A stretch of 52,369 nucleotides of DNA, taken from the NCBI GenBank assembly GCA_002633005.1, contig NMRA01000424.1, positions 319,999 to 372,367 on the forward strand, written 5' to 3'. Positions 1-13,100 of the stretch are shown here, in pieces. Both the position numbers and the translations under genes were made by a program. Source of the DNA: Phoronis australis. Lineage: Eukaryota > Animalia > Phoronida. The notes under the pieces were generated by a model that searched no databases, was not told where the DNA came from, and saw only the letters and a list, made by a program, of their open reading frames with translations. Numbering within the stretch: the first letter of the stretch is position 1; every line of letters starts with the position of its first letter.

Positions 1-937
1 GTCAAAAATGGAAAATCTCAAAAAGAGACAAGTTTTCCTTCTACGCACCCTCTATCCCAATTTTTGTGAAATTGTTACTTGCAGACAAGAAGGGAACAAA
101 ACATATATATAACACTTTGGTGCTAAACAAATATGCCCGGCCTAGGTCTGAGATGAAGTGGCAGGCAGAACTTGCAATACCTGACACTACAGAATGGTGG
201 AAATTTGCCTACTTTCTGAATTTTACACTTGACGTGAAACTTCGTTGGTTTCAATTTAGACTGTCACATAGGATAATTAGCTGTAACTCTTACCTTGTCA
301 AAATTGGGGTAACCAACTCCCCCTTGTGTACGTTTTGTAAGACTGAACCTGAGACTTTGCTTCACTTATACTGGCAATGTGATGTTGTTCAAAATTTTTG
401 GAACAATGTTGAAGGTTGGGTTAGAAACAAAACTAATATTTCCCTTGGTACAAATGTGCTTACAGTTTTCTTTGGAAACAGATGTAGAAGCCAGCCAATT
501 CAAAATTTAATCTTGTGTCTCAGCAAGTTCCATTTATATAAGCAACGTCTCAAGGGTAAACCTCCAAATTTAATTGTATTAACAAAAGAAATTAACAGTT
601 ATTACTCCAGTGAAAAACATATTTATTCAAAAAATTTACAAATGGAAAAATTTACAAACAGGTGGTCACAAATGCATAATTTGATAGCAATGTAAGGATA
701 TTTTATCATTCCAAAATACTCTCCCCCCTCCTTTTTTTTCAGAGCCATATACTACTATATTGTCTTGTATGTTTTTGTTTTCTTTTGTTAAATCTATTTC
801 AAAATCCGGTTCACGTATATTTTTAACTTAGTAAACTTTATTTTCATTGAATTGTAAAGTAAGGCAAGGGAATCACAGACCTTTGTCCTTACTTATGTTG
901 AACTGGGAGAATAAAAAAAATTAAAAAAAAAAAAAAA
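1..937 (+). mobile_element. 3' end of a Tx1/L1-group non-LTR retrotransposon (ORF2 C-terminus, 3' UTR, poly-A tail)
   Basis: Frame open from base 3 to stop at 695. It carries LRWFQFRLSHRII and the CCHC zinc knuckle CTFCKTEPETLLHLYWQC (zf-RVT-like). T-rich 3' UTR, stem-loop at 857-894, AATAAA at 910 and A-tract to 937. Confidence 0.9.
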
Positions 938-1008
938 GAATTGCGTCGGAAATTATCCGCACCTTTCAACTATTAAGGTCGACCTATACCTTAAGCCAGA
1001 GCAAATAC

Positions 1009-1110
1009 TTAATTCACACCATCAATACACGATGTCCCAGTATGGATCTGAACGAGGTCGAGCGCTATGTCAGATCTAGGCCCCCACCCTCGTGTAGCTT
1101 CGAACGCCAC
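1009..1110 (-). CDS. MAM gene terminal exon VAFEATRGWGPRSDIALDLVQIHTGTSCIDGVN*
   Basis: Acceptor ttgttgcag|GTG, phase 0; MAM C-terminal FE..RG....DIALD...C motif; TAA at 1011-1009. Not in the ORF track. Confidence 0.92.
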   Translation of the reverse strand: MAFEATRGWGPRSDIALDLVQIHTGTSCIDGVN

Positions 1111-4100
1111 CTGCAACAAGTAGTTAGCCATAGTTAGCGCACAGTAGCCAGAGCGTATTGGGAATCCATCTTTTTGGAATGTAACTTAAGGATAGGAAAA
1201 TTACCGTGAGATAACTGGTTTTAAAACACCGCATTAATTAAATGAGAAACGATTTCTTGAAACAATTAATAGTTCGCCATTTCCACGAGCCAGCCTGAGT
1301 TGGGAAATCACGAGTCACAGAACGAGTAGTGTACAAGCTCATATTGTTACACCATTACAAAGTGTTACGAGTCAAAAATTGTTACAACTGCTAAATTGAC
1401 CATTTTAGTACTTGAGGGACAATTTCCGTTGGAAGTGGTCGAGGTCCTGGACATAGTGTCTGCAGGGTTAAGACCTCTGGCGATCACCTAAAACTACAAT
1501 ATTCCTCTCTGGCACGATTGCCGTTTTTTGGTTTGAGTTCTTATTGCGAGGTAAGAATTTTCACGCGTCGTACAGATTTTTGGCTTGCATGGTAAGGGTG
1601 TGTGCCAGTGGTAAGAATGCGTTTCCATCTCTGAACTCTCTATCACCGTAACATAAACTGGTGGAAAAAACAGGTTTTCGTGGTTGACGCTGACTTAGTT
1701 TAACACCCCAAACTGGATCTGAGAAAGAGGAACGCATGGAGCAACACGGCAGTTTACTACATGTACTAGCGGTACGTTGCACAGACAGGCTAAATATCAT
1801 TGAAATTTTCACACAATCGAATCTTGCAAATGTTTGGTGCTAATTCCGGTATTCAGGGGACACAAGACCGAGAGAAAAAAATGGGAAATCCTGTTTATAG
1901 ATTATATATGTATGCACACACCTGAATGGAAAAGTTTGTCTAAGTAGCAACATTTAAATCACTCACAACTGTACAATTTTTCTAGGCTTTTGTATAGGTG
2001 GTTTACTCATGTTTGTTGTCTAATGTCAAGTGATCTATTCGCGGAATTTTCATTATCAGTTTACTGTGATGTTTTTAGGTTGCTGCCGAATATATTGGTG
2101 ATTTAATTTCGTGTAAGCGCCCATACATTTATATGTGGTTACATGTGGCCTCCAAATCTTCCTGGGCGTTGGGCAGCGGCGTCCAGCGCTGTACCTCGTA
2201 TTCCCCTTGAAGCACGACCATGAGATGCCGTAGATTCATTTCTATGAATTGGACGACAGACAATGACGAAATTTGGACTGATTGGACTACCGATCTGCCC
2301 CCTAGTAGCAATTCTAGCTTTTCATTCTGTATCTTTCGAGTTCCTTGATGGATTTTTTTTGAAATTTAACAAGTGCGTTCCATTAAAAAGTCGATTACGC
2401 CATCCCTTTTTTGGAAGGATACAACGTATTCTGCTCCATCTGGTGGCATTTTTCGTGTAATTTTTTCGTTGTCTTTCCTATCTACAAAACCGCTCAAAGG
2501 TTCTTAATAAAAATGTGCAGATGTGTTACTGATGGCAAGACCGCGGATGAAGCAGATTTTTCGACGGGTTCGAGTACTTTGGCGACCTTTTTATTTCACA
2601 GCTGTATCTCCCTATTTCTTTAGAGGAACTTTATTTTATGCGGCATATATGTTTCTATGGAGGTTATCACACATTTTGATGAGTTTGAGTCTTGAAGTGA
2701 AATGCCGTTAAGAGAAGTGTCACCCTTTTGCCGATACCATAGTTTTTGAACATATCCCCACCCATTATATCTAACAGTTGAAAACACCTGCTTCACCCAC
2801 GAGTATTCTCACATAGAAAGCATGCCTGCTTTGACCCAGTATCAATTCACGTCTGGTAAAAAGTGTATGAGACCGCCTGCATTTTTAAACTGCTGCAAAA
2901 AAGGGTATTGATTTGTTTTTGAAGGGGCGTGCACTGGGACGAAAGGATGCTTACTCACCTGTATAGCCATATAAAAGGCCCTCCTTTTTTGCGATTAAGC
3001 GCGGTATTAAAAGGAACCTATTTCTTTCGGGAATTCTGTGGAAAATCCGCAATTCCCCATTAGTCCACATTTACATTGAATTAAATTTCAATAAATGAGT
3101 GTGGGTGTTACATTTTAGGAACCAAGCGTCGATAGTGCTAGAAACTCTGAAGAACTTCCGTTGGGAAATATGCCATTTTGTGCGGTAACAATGAAAAGTA
3201 AACCTTCTCGTGTGGAATTGGTTTGGAAAGGCACTCTTTGACAGGGAATCAAGATATACCAAATACAGAGGTGAGAATGGGAAATTACGTTCATGCCACA
3301 TATGGAAGTATATCCTGGGGTCATCCACTGTTTCGATTGTTTGATTTCCAGGTACACATGAAACCAAGTGCTGCGATTTGCAACGTTTTTTTGCTAACTT
3401 CAGTCAAAGAAGAATACGATAAATTTCCGTCCCTTTGGAAAATATCCGTTCTGAATAATGAAAATCACTGTAATCAAACCATACCGCATGTAGTGCAGTT
3501 GCTTAGAGAATTTTGGAGTTGGACACTGTATGCGAGAGGACGTTACAAGTCTGGTTCGTTGAATTGACTGCAATTGCAAACATATTTCATTTCAGAATAC
3601 TGAGCCCTGCATGCTAGAGGGAATTCAGCCCGACTGCTTCACAGAGAGAATCTTCATAGATTCGGAGAGCGAAGAAGTGAACTTCGATGATTTATGTTAT
3701 TATTTTAATGTTTTGCTACATACAAACAACTTGCCGCCAATGATATCTGCAAGAAAAACTACTGATCCTCCAAAAAGTGCAGTAAATGTGCAGTCTGTTT
3801 GTGATGTCCAGTTGTATCATTTATTGATAATAATAGTTGCCACCTGAGTATGGTGAGGGTTTGAGCTTAAGACAGTTGCCAAATGTTTCTCATTTGAGGA
3901 CAACTTTCCATACGGTTACTTGGCCATACCAGGCTAATGCACGTTCTCCTGGTAAGGATTTCTTTTGACTAAGCCTAAAACTGTCATATCCAGTTAGAGT
4001 TTTACTGTAAAATATGCGTTTAAACGGTGAAACTGAATAGGCTAAGTGAAAATGTAAATCGAGTGTTGATTCGTGCTCACCACAGTTATTTGAAGTTCAG

Positions 4101-7100
4101 TTAACCGGGGTTTTTAACTGTTTAAGGACGTACGTCATCCTCCCTCACACGATACGGTGACGTGAGGGAGGGGGCACCTAGAAGCCAATTTTCTGAGATA
4201 CTTTAGCGTCGAACTACTGGCGAATTATAATCATTAAATATTTTGTCATTGTAAAGTAACGGTATTCAATGGAATAATCCGAATCATGTTTACACCAAAA
4301 ATCAATTGCGGTGTCTGTTACTGTTCGTAATTTTCGCAAAATAACATTGCTCACTCAATGAGATTTCCTGCTTGAGCCTAAGGTGATCCGACGGTAAGAG
4401 AGTTTATTTGTGAACAGTCACACTCGTCTACATGGCAAAGAAACGCTTATTCTTTCTTACCTGAACGGTGTCCGTTCGGTCCACGTGTACTTTGGCCGTT
4501 TTCCATCGGTTCCCTTTGTCTCGTTGTGCAGACCAAATGGGATGTCCCATGTCTCCGTTAGAGTCTATGAGGTGAACTCTTAGCGATCCCATGTGGCAGC
4601 CGTACATATTGTACGCGAACGTCAGGCAGAATGGCTTTGCCAATGCTAAGACAGAGATGACTACAGTGATAACCATGCAAGCAAAACAATAAATTAACAG
4701 TAGCAGGGCCATTATGAGTTCCAACCAAGGATGAATGCAAGCGAAACCGATTTTCTTCCAGGGTAATAATTTGTTTCCGTTGGTAGTTGTGTCAAGTGTA
4801 TTAAGGCGTAAGAGAATCGAGTTTTCCATGAGTAACTTGTGGCAGTAAGAAAGCTGATCAAACATGTGAGAATGATTGAAATATTTAAGGTGACACTGCA
4901 GTCTCACGAGAAGTGCTTCGACTTGTTCCTATTTATTACTTCGTCCAACTTCTTGCTGTGATTGGTTTTCTTTGAAAGAGTGAAGAACAAATTAAAAATC
5001 TCCATCATCCAAACTACTGTTTTAATATTGGATTTCTTTTTGAAAGCGTGAATAACAAAATCGAAGACTAGACTTTGTGTTGGCTATTTACCAATGTAAA
5101 AAGGAGAAGTTATTTTTCTAAAAGCGCAACCATACGCTAACCTTTATTTTGACGTTCCAGGTGCTCCCAGCAGTCATAACAATCTTAACCACTCAGTGTA
5201 CACTGCAGATGGCGATGGTCAGGCTGTCCCAAATTCTGGATACATGCAGCTGCCCCCGCAAGAGACCATGTTTTACTTCTATACCCATAATGCTTTTGAT
5301 TGCCATCAGCTCCATAGAAACGAGGAATTTCGGAACTTGGGGCATCCTGAGCCGCCCTTTATTGGTCCATTTTATAATGACTGTTGGGTACAGACGAAAC
5401 ACCATGTAGTTATTTTACCTAATAGTTCTTCAATAAATTGGTGTTCACTGTGTCCTCGTGATGAGTCTGTTTATTGTACTGTCCAGCATTACACAAGCAA
5501 ATGACTTTGTTAGTTTGAGTTCCAGGTACATGTAGTTTCTAATCTACCACAAGTTCCGTTTAAGAACGATAAAAATGACGCCTGAATGGCATACATGTAT
5601 TTTGAAATACTACATGTACAATACTTAATTGCGAAAAAGCGTCAAAATTGTGATCCCTCAACGTACTCAAAAATATACTTTGATATTTTTCTCGAGAAAT
5701 TGTAAACATGTACAATAAAAAATGGCTGCCATATCAGATTTGAGTGATATTAAACTGTGAAAAAGGCTAGAAAAATATCTATACATTTAAACTCGATATC
5801 TCGAATATCATACAAAATACCAGAAAGAGTCGAATTTTAATCATTACTTATAAGCCGCATTTGATTTCATTCCCGAGCGTATAAGCGCCCATGATTTCAA
5901 AAAGCAACTGGATGGTTTTGAATACTTTTAAGAAAACGTCATATTTTTAGCTGTTTAGCTTTTCCTTCGTCTCGATATAAGAGGGTGTTTTAAAAAGTAC
6001 GTAGACTACATGTTTTCTTTCCTTTTTTGTCATTCCTTTGAAATCTTATTACTACTGGACTGGATTGGACCACATCTGCATAGAGTTGCAAAAATCCTTC
6101 ACGGGAATTTTAGAGAGTAATTCGAACGCACGTGTTGGTTGTAGGGAAGGTTTCGCAAGAACTATCAATTCCCTTGCTTTCATGCGTCCGTGTTTAGATG
6201 TCGTCTGATCATGAAGCACTCGATGGGTTTTTATAGTCAGCCGGCCAAAATCATCAGCAAATTTCATTCCCAGGGCAAAGACGTGGTACTGGAAGGTAAG
6301 CTTACCAATGATTTCTTATTGTGACACTCAAGAGGTTGCCAAGCTTAACGCGCAACCTTGAACTGGTAACCTAGCCAAATACCAAAACATTATAGAATTT
6401 GAACAGCCTAAAACAAACGTTCCTTTCCTTGAAAGATGTTATAAGCCAGCTTGAAGTATAAAACATCGAGAGTCGCACTTACATGATGACATACCGTGTC
6501 CTACTTATCCACCTCATTATCTTTAGCAAAGCTTAATTAGATTAACCCCAAATCAAATTATAAACAGCATTATGCATTCCCATTGAGTAACTGATGCGTT
6601 GTATGCCAAGACGACTCATCGAAATTTTATTGAGAACAATTATCAAGTGTTGGCCTGCTGACTATTATGTTTGGTTTCTCAATTAAGCGAAGCGTTGCCT
6701 GTTTGGAGGTGTTTTCGTCAATTAAGTATAGTTAGATTACTCCGGAAAGGGTTTTGAACATTAAACCGAGTTTTATTGAATGAAAGCAAACATTTATAAG
6801 ATTCCCCAAATACTACGCTGCGGGTAAATCGACTGCATTTTTTTTAGTTTTATGCCTGTTTCTGGCTTCAACGTTCAGAAGCAAACTTAATGTACATGTA
6901 GCACTGGTGTATTTCAGGGTGACTCAACCATTGAGCACAAAAACATCATGCTCATTACGCCATGATTCCGATTTAGAAAGTTTAAATTTCATTAAAGCGG
7001 TGTTAAACCTTTGCTATCTGCCAAAGCGAGTTTCGATTGAAGCAACCTCCATGATCTCCCGTAATATTTGAAGTTCAACCGCGTTCATAAAGCTTTAGTG

Positions 7101-10100
7101 CATCTGCTCCGGTTTGTGGTAATCACGAACTACCAGGTATTTCCAAGCCCAGAAACCGCACACAGAAACCACACCCAGATACCACGCCCAGAAGCCACGC
7201 CCAATTTGACCAACGAACAACTTAAGACCAATTCAAAACAATTAATGGCCTAAACCATACTTACAGGTATCCATTAAACGCTGGTTCACCATATCAATAT
7301 CATTTCTATCCCATAAACACAATGGAAAAGTGGAGGTTTCCGTTGATAATTTGGGGCAATTTTACTGAAAGGTACCTTCCAGCTTCATAAAAAGGATATT
7401 TTTTTCAAATTCAATTGAGTTTATAATGAATGCTTTAGTTTATTTATTTTTGTGGGTAGCCGCCTTAATGAGTGGCAGGGCTGAGGAGATTCCCGCAACA
7501 ACCACGAATATTAAAAAATACTGGTATAATAAAGTAAACGCAAACTGGACTCATATTTGCGTAATGCTCATACATTAGCCACATCTTTTGAATGGCCAAA
7601 CTCATGTCATAATCTAAATTGACAAGTGTAAAGGAAGACTATCTTAAAGATATAGACCTTTGACGAAGATTCCAGTAGAAACTACTCCTTTACCACGTCA
7701 AGAACAGTAGATGACATTTCGGTAGAGTACCTGAGGGTACTTTAAATTTAAAGGTACTGGGCACTACAAGAACAACAAGAATATGTTTAGGTACACAGTA
7801 CCTTTACCTCTCGTCAGTACTCACTGTTTGAATTTTTACGTCCCAACAATAGTCTTGTCGCTGCGCCAGGCACTACCCAACTTGCCTCTGCGTAGATGTA
7901 ATATTGCCCACTGTAGGCGGATGAGGGGCCTGTCAGTGGTGTGGTTGTGGGATACTTTAAACACAAATACATATGGTTGAGAACACTTTTCACCATGATG
8001 AACAACAGTGATTTTTATCTACTTGTGGAAATCATAGGGTTGAGGATGAGAAAATACGTCAATAAATTCTCAATGAGCTTGAATTATACCTGTGCCTCTG
8101 CGGTGCATATTTCACTTGAACACAGTACATCCCGTAATGTTCTGAAACGGTGGTTATCCACGATTTGAATTTTGCTATACTAATAAGCCTGGATTCAACC
8201 CAGCGCTGAAAACTGAGATTATAAGGCTTATGAAGATTATGATCACATTGTCGGTCTGTTTAGTCAAATATTTTCAAAACTATATATTTCAAGTCACGAA
8301 AGACGTGTTTTCCGTAAAAAGACTATGGAGTTTGGTGTTTGACTTAAAGGCGAAGGCAACCTTTTTCCATGTCATTTTGATCTAAAATAAGGTTGGCTGG
8401 TTATCCTAGACATATTTTCCACTTAATTACAGCTTTTCGTAATTTTATTAATTACTCGTCCGCTACTGCGGAAGTGACGTTTTAGAAGGCAAGCATTTCG
8501 CGCCAATTTCTTTTCATATAGTCTGACTGTGAGAGCTGCCCAGTCAGTCATTGTTCTACCTCGGTTGTGTTAAGTTCCGTCGTCGTTTGCTTTCATTTAC
8601 TAGTCAGTCAACATGCCACACTGTTGCTGCGTACCGGAATGTACTAATTACCGGCTCACGCGCGCTTTGGGAGTACCTTTGCATCNNNNNNNNNNNNNNN
8701 NNNNNNNNNNNNNNNNNNNNNNNNNNNNNNNNNNNNNNNNNNNNNNNNNNNNNNNNNNNNNNNNNNNNNNNNNNNNNNNNNNNNNNNNNNNNNNNNNNNN
8801 NNNNNNNNNNNNNNNNNNNNNNNNNNNNNNNNNNNNNNNNNNNNNNNNNNNNNNNNNNNNNNNNNNNNNNNNNNNNNNNNNNNNNNNNNNNNNNNNNNNN
8901 NNNNNNNNNNNNNNNNNNNNNNNNNNNNNNNNNNNNNNNNNNNNNNNNNNNNNNNNNNNNNNNNNNNNNNNNNNNNNNNNNNNNNNNNNNNNNNNNNNNN
9001 NNNNNNNNNNNNNNNNNNNNNNNNNNNNNNNNNNNNNNNNNNNNNNNNNNNNNNNNNNNNNNNNNNNNNNNNNNNNNNNNNNNNNNNNNNNNNNNNNNNN
9101 NNNNNNNNNNNNNNNNNNNNNNNNNNNNNNNNNNNNNNNNNNNNNNNNNNNNNNNNNNNNNNNNNNNNNNNNNNNNNNNNNNNNNNNNNNNNNNNNNNNN
9201 NNNNNNNNNNNNNNNNNNNNNNNNNNNNNNNNNNNNNNNNNNNNNNNNNNNNNNNNNNNNNNNNNNNNNNNNNNNNNNNNNNNNNNNNNNNNNNNNNNNN
9301 NNNNNNNNNNNNNNNNNNNNNNNNNNNNNNNNNNNNNNNNNNNNNNNNNNNNNNNNNNNNNNNNNNNNNNNNNNNNNNNNNNNNNNNNNNNNNNNNNNNN
9401 NNNNNNNNNNNNNNNNNNNNNNNNNNNNNNNNNNNNAACGTAGTTGAGTTCTCTACTAACCTATCTTGCCGCAGAATACTCGCCGATGGAAAGTGGTGGC
9501 GACAATTGTTGAAAAACAGCACAAAACAAAAGTAGAATAGAACAGATGCGCAGGGCAAAGTCAACGCAAAACCAAGTGGCGGGAATTGCTTGCCTCCTAA
9601 AACGTCACTTCCGGAGTAGCGGACGAGTAATTAATAAAATTACGAAAAGCTGTAATTAAGTAGAAAATAGGTCTAGGATAACCAACCCACCTTATTTTAG
9701 CTCAAAATGACATGGAAAAAGGTTGCCTTCGCCTTTAAATTCAATCTGAATCTTAAATGGATCCCGTAAACATGCGGCTTTAGTAAAGTTTACCAATAAC
9801 GTTGTCAATTACATGACCACATTATAGCTAAACTCCCCATTAGTTCGAATTCCAGACAATAACCGGTGGTTTTCAGAGGTCTGATATCAATCTTCTTACT
9901 GCTATTTATTTAATTATTTAAACTTCTTCAAAGGACTGGGTGAGCACTACAGTGAATGCATTGATTTTCAAGTGGGCCCAGTTGGAAATAATTACATGAA
10001 GTAAAACGCAGACAGCTATGCACAGTTAGATTGAGAAAATTAATAAATGAAATAAATTAGTATAAAAATGTGTTACTATGTGCAATTATATAAAAAATAA

Positions 10101-13100
10101 GATAAAATAGAATACAAAAAATGGTGAGCTAAGGCCTACGCTCCTGAATCACAACCAAAGTCAGAGTAATCATGTTTGAAGACGTGGACATTGGGCGCGT
10201 TCGCGACAGCAGTCACCAGCCTGTTGTAACCGACAGCACATCCGTAAGCAAAAGCTCTTTTGCCACAATTGTTTTTAGGTTTATCTGGTCCCAGGCAACG
10301 AGAAACACTCGCTCTAGCATTGTAATTGTGAAAATCTCTGACTGCCTTGAATTTAGTAGTAAGGAAATTAGGTGAGGCTATGTGTGGCTTTGTACACAAT
10401 CAAGTTTAAATGAAAGGCACATATGTTAACCAGGCTGCACCAACAAAGCTTGTTGAGGAGGTCAGAAATAGGAAAGTCACTATAAAGGCCACTTTAGTCA
10501 CAATGTCGAGTGATTTGTCCGATGTCTTAACGCAAACGCCATTAATGTATCACGATAATACCCTGTAAAACCGAGTAGGAGATTAGATAAACTATCATTG
10601 ACACTGGTTTTCTATAGTGATGTATTGAAACATCGACCCAAATGCATAATGTCACTGAACGGCCCTGTTTCCCAATGAAAGGATTTTTGAATAAATGAAT
10701 AGGACAGATAATTTTGCTCATGAAAAATTCAGTTTAAAATACAATTCCTAGATTCATTCAAAGCATACAACATGGGGTCCAGTCCAAGAAATACTCAGGC
10801 ACTGTTTGGGAAGATGGTTAAAGAAACGGATTCCCAGTCCACACCCACAAGCGCAATTCATGATTTTCCAATACAAGTGACTGCAGAGCAGACCGGCGGC
10901 TTTGTATTCCGAAATGTCCGTCAATTGATTGATTTTCAATCAGAGGTTAGACAACTCACATCTATTGTGTACCAATTGTAGCCTCTCTGATCGGTCGAAT
11001 AACTGCACAGGTTGTCGTTTTCGAAGTCACATGACAGTACCATCTTGTAGTCACCCAGCTTTTTCATCACAAAACTATCCAGGGCGATGTCACCTTTCGA
11101 TGATCTACGCTTCGTTCCAGTGAAGACAAGCTGTAACAGGTTAAAGCTTGTCTTACGATATTTGAATAAAAACATGCTCGGTAGATTGTGGTGCCTGCCT
11201 ATTGACGTGTGATGGCTGCCTGCCATGAGGGCGTGCGCACGCGTGTGTGAGTTGGTGTCGGTGCATATATTTGAGAGCATGTGTCTGGGCATGTGTTTGA
11301 GTGTGTGCGACAGCTTGAGCTTGTGGGTGCGTACGTTTTCTATAGTGTGTACCGTTTATTTGCGTGCGTGTGCATACGTATGCGTGCGTGGGCTACCAAC
11401 CAGTGTGTGTATGTCATATAAAAACTTACAACCCAAGCCATCATCATGCAACATATTGCATTTTCATGATGAACATCTATGGGGAATGTTACTCAAAAGC
11501 ATACTTGCCTTCCAAAAGTCAGTCCAGGTAAACACTATGCAGTACTTTAAGTCTGTTCTCCATTCTCAATTATATGAGCGCTGTTAGAGGACTCAGTTTT
11601 CAACGAGTTAAATGCATAGATTCTCTTGCATATTCAAAGTAATGTATACCTTTGTGTCTTCGGTAGCCGTAAAGGTGTGTTCAGACGTTTGCCATGCGTT
11701 ACCACGGTTACCAGACTTTCGAAACAACACTGCCTCGCCACCACTTTTAGTCACCTTACTTAGCGTTAGAGTCCCCATACGATAGGCGCCGTACATGTGC
11801 CATTTGAAAGAGAAAGAATATTCACCAGCTGAAAAAGATAACCTAGGTCACATGGCCATTAAACATGTCACAGATGTGTACAGTTTAAATCAAAACATCT
11901 GTAAAATTAATGTAGAAAATAAATCTGAAAGTAAATAAGGCGATCAAGATCCTCCCAAGGATACTATTGTTTCACGAAATGTAGACTATAAATAGGTAAT
12001 TAAAACAACAAGAATGGATCAACTGAAATTTTTGGATGTAATAACGTCCTTTGTCAACAGAAACAGAAATAAAGTAAAATCAAACACTTTATGACAATTG
12101 ACAGTTTAGTTATGGGTTTGTTGGAGATGTTGATTTAGAAATATTGATTGGCACCTGCCATTTTGGGACGCATTTGGCATATTCTGTGTCATTTATACTT
12201 TGTGAGGAAAAAAATGATTACTTTCATTGAATGTCCTTCCCTGCAACCATTACAATGATGTATTCACGGTACATTTCAAAGCTACTTGAGATATCATGTT
12301 TGCCCATAATTTATATATTAGAATATAAACAGGTAAATAAAACAACAAGAATGGACCAACTGAAATTTTCGGATGTACATGTAATAACGTCCTTTGTCAA
12401 CAGAAACAGACATGAAGTAAAATCAAACACTTTATGACAATTGACAGTTTAGTTATGGATTTGTTGGAGATGTTGATTTAAGCAATATTGAGTGGCACCT
12501 GCCATTTTGGGACGCATTTGCCGTATTCTGTGTCAATTCTACTTTGTGAGGAAAAATGATTACTTTCATTGAATGTCCTTCGCTGCAACTATTACAATGA
12601 TGTATCCACGGTACATTTCAAAGCTACTTGAGATATCATGTTTGCACCTACTTTATATATTAGAATATAAATAGGTAAATAAAACAACAAGAATGGACCA
12701 ACTGAAATTTTCGGATGCAATAACGTCCTTTGTCAACAGAAACAGAAATAAAGTAAAATCACACACTATAAGACAATTGACATTTAAGATATGGTGTAAT
12801 GAATGTGATACATTTTTGCGTAAAAAATTCAGTGATACAATTTAAGAAGTTTTTATGTTCATTCCATGAGGTTCTATTGTATTTAGCTTGTCTATCCAAT
12901 ATTGTTCTCTTTTGAGTCTGTGAGGGGTACTGGGGTTTTCTATTATTTATACAGAAAGATCTTGAATATTATGGTTTTGGAATTGAAAGGATTACCTATA
13001 GTATCAGAAATGATTTTATGTTTTATGTTAAATCTATGATTACGAAACCGAGTTTGTAGATAAATGAAATGTTTGCTCAGGTAATGCAGAAACGCTTGGT

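Noticed and set aside
1410-1487. Alternative terminal MAM exon behind a ttttag acceptor
   Set aside because: No DIALD motif; the 1110-1009 exon completes the domain correctly.
8551-9564. Three long ORFs of 276-302 aa in the ORF track
   Set aside because: They are artefacts of the N gap; only the 24-aa THAP start at 8613 is informative.
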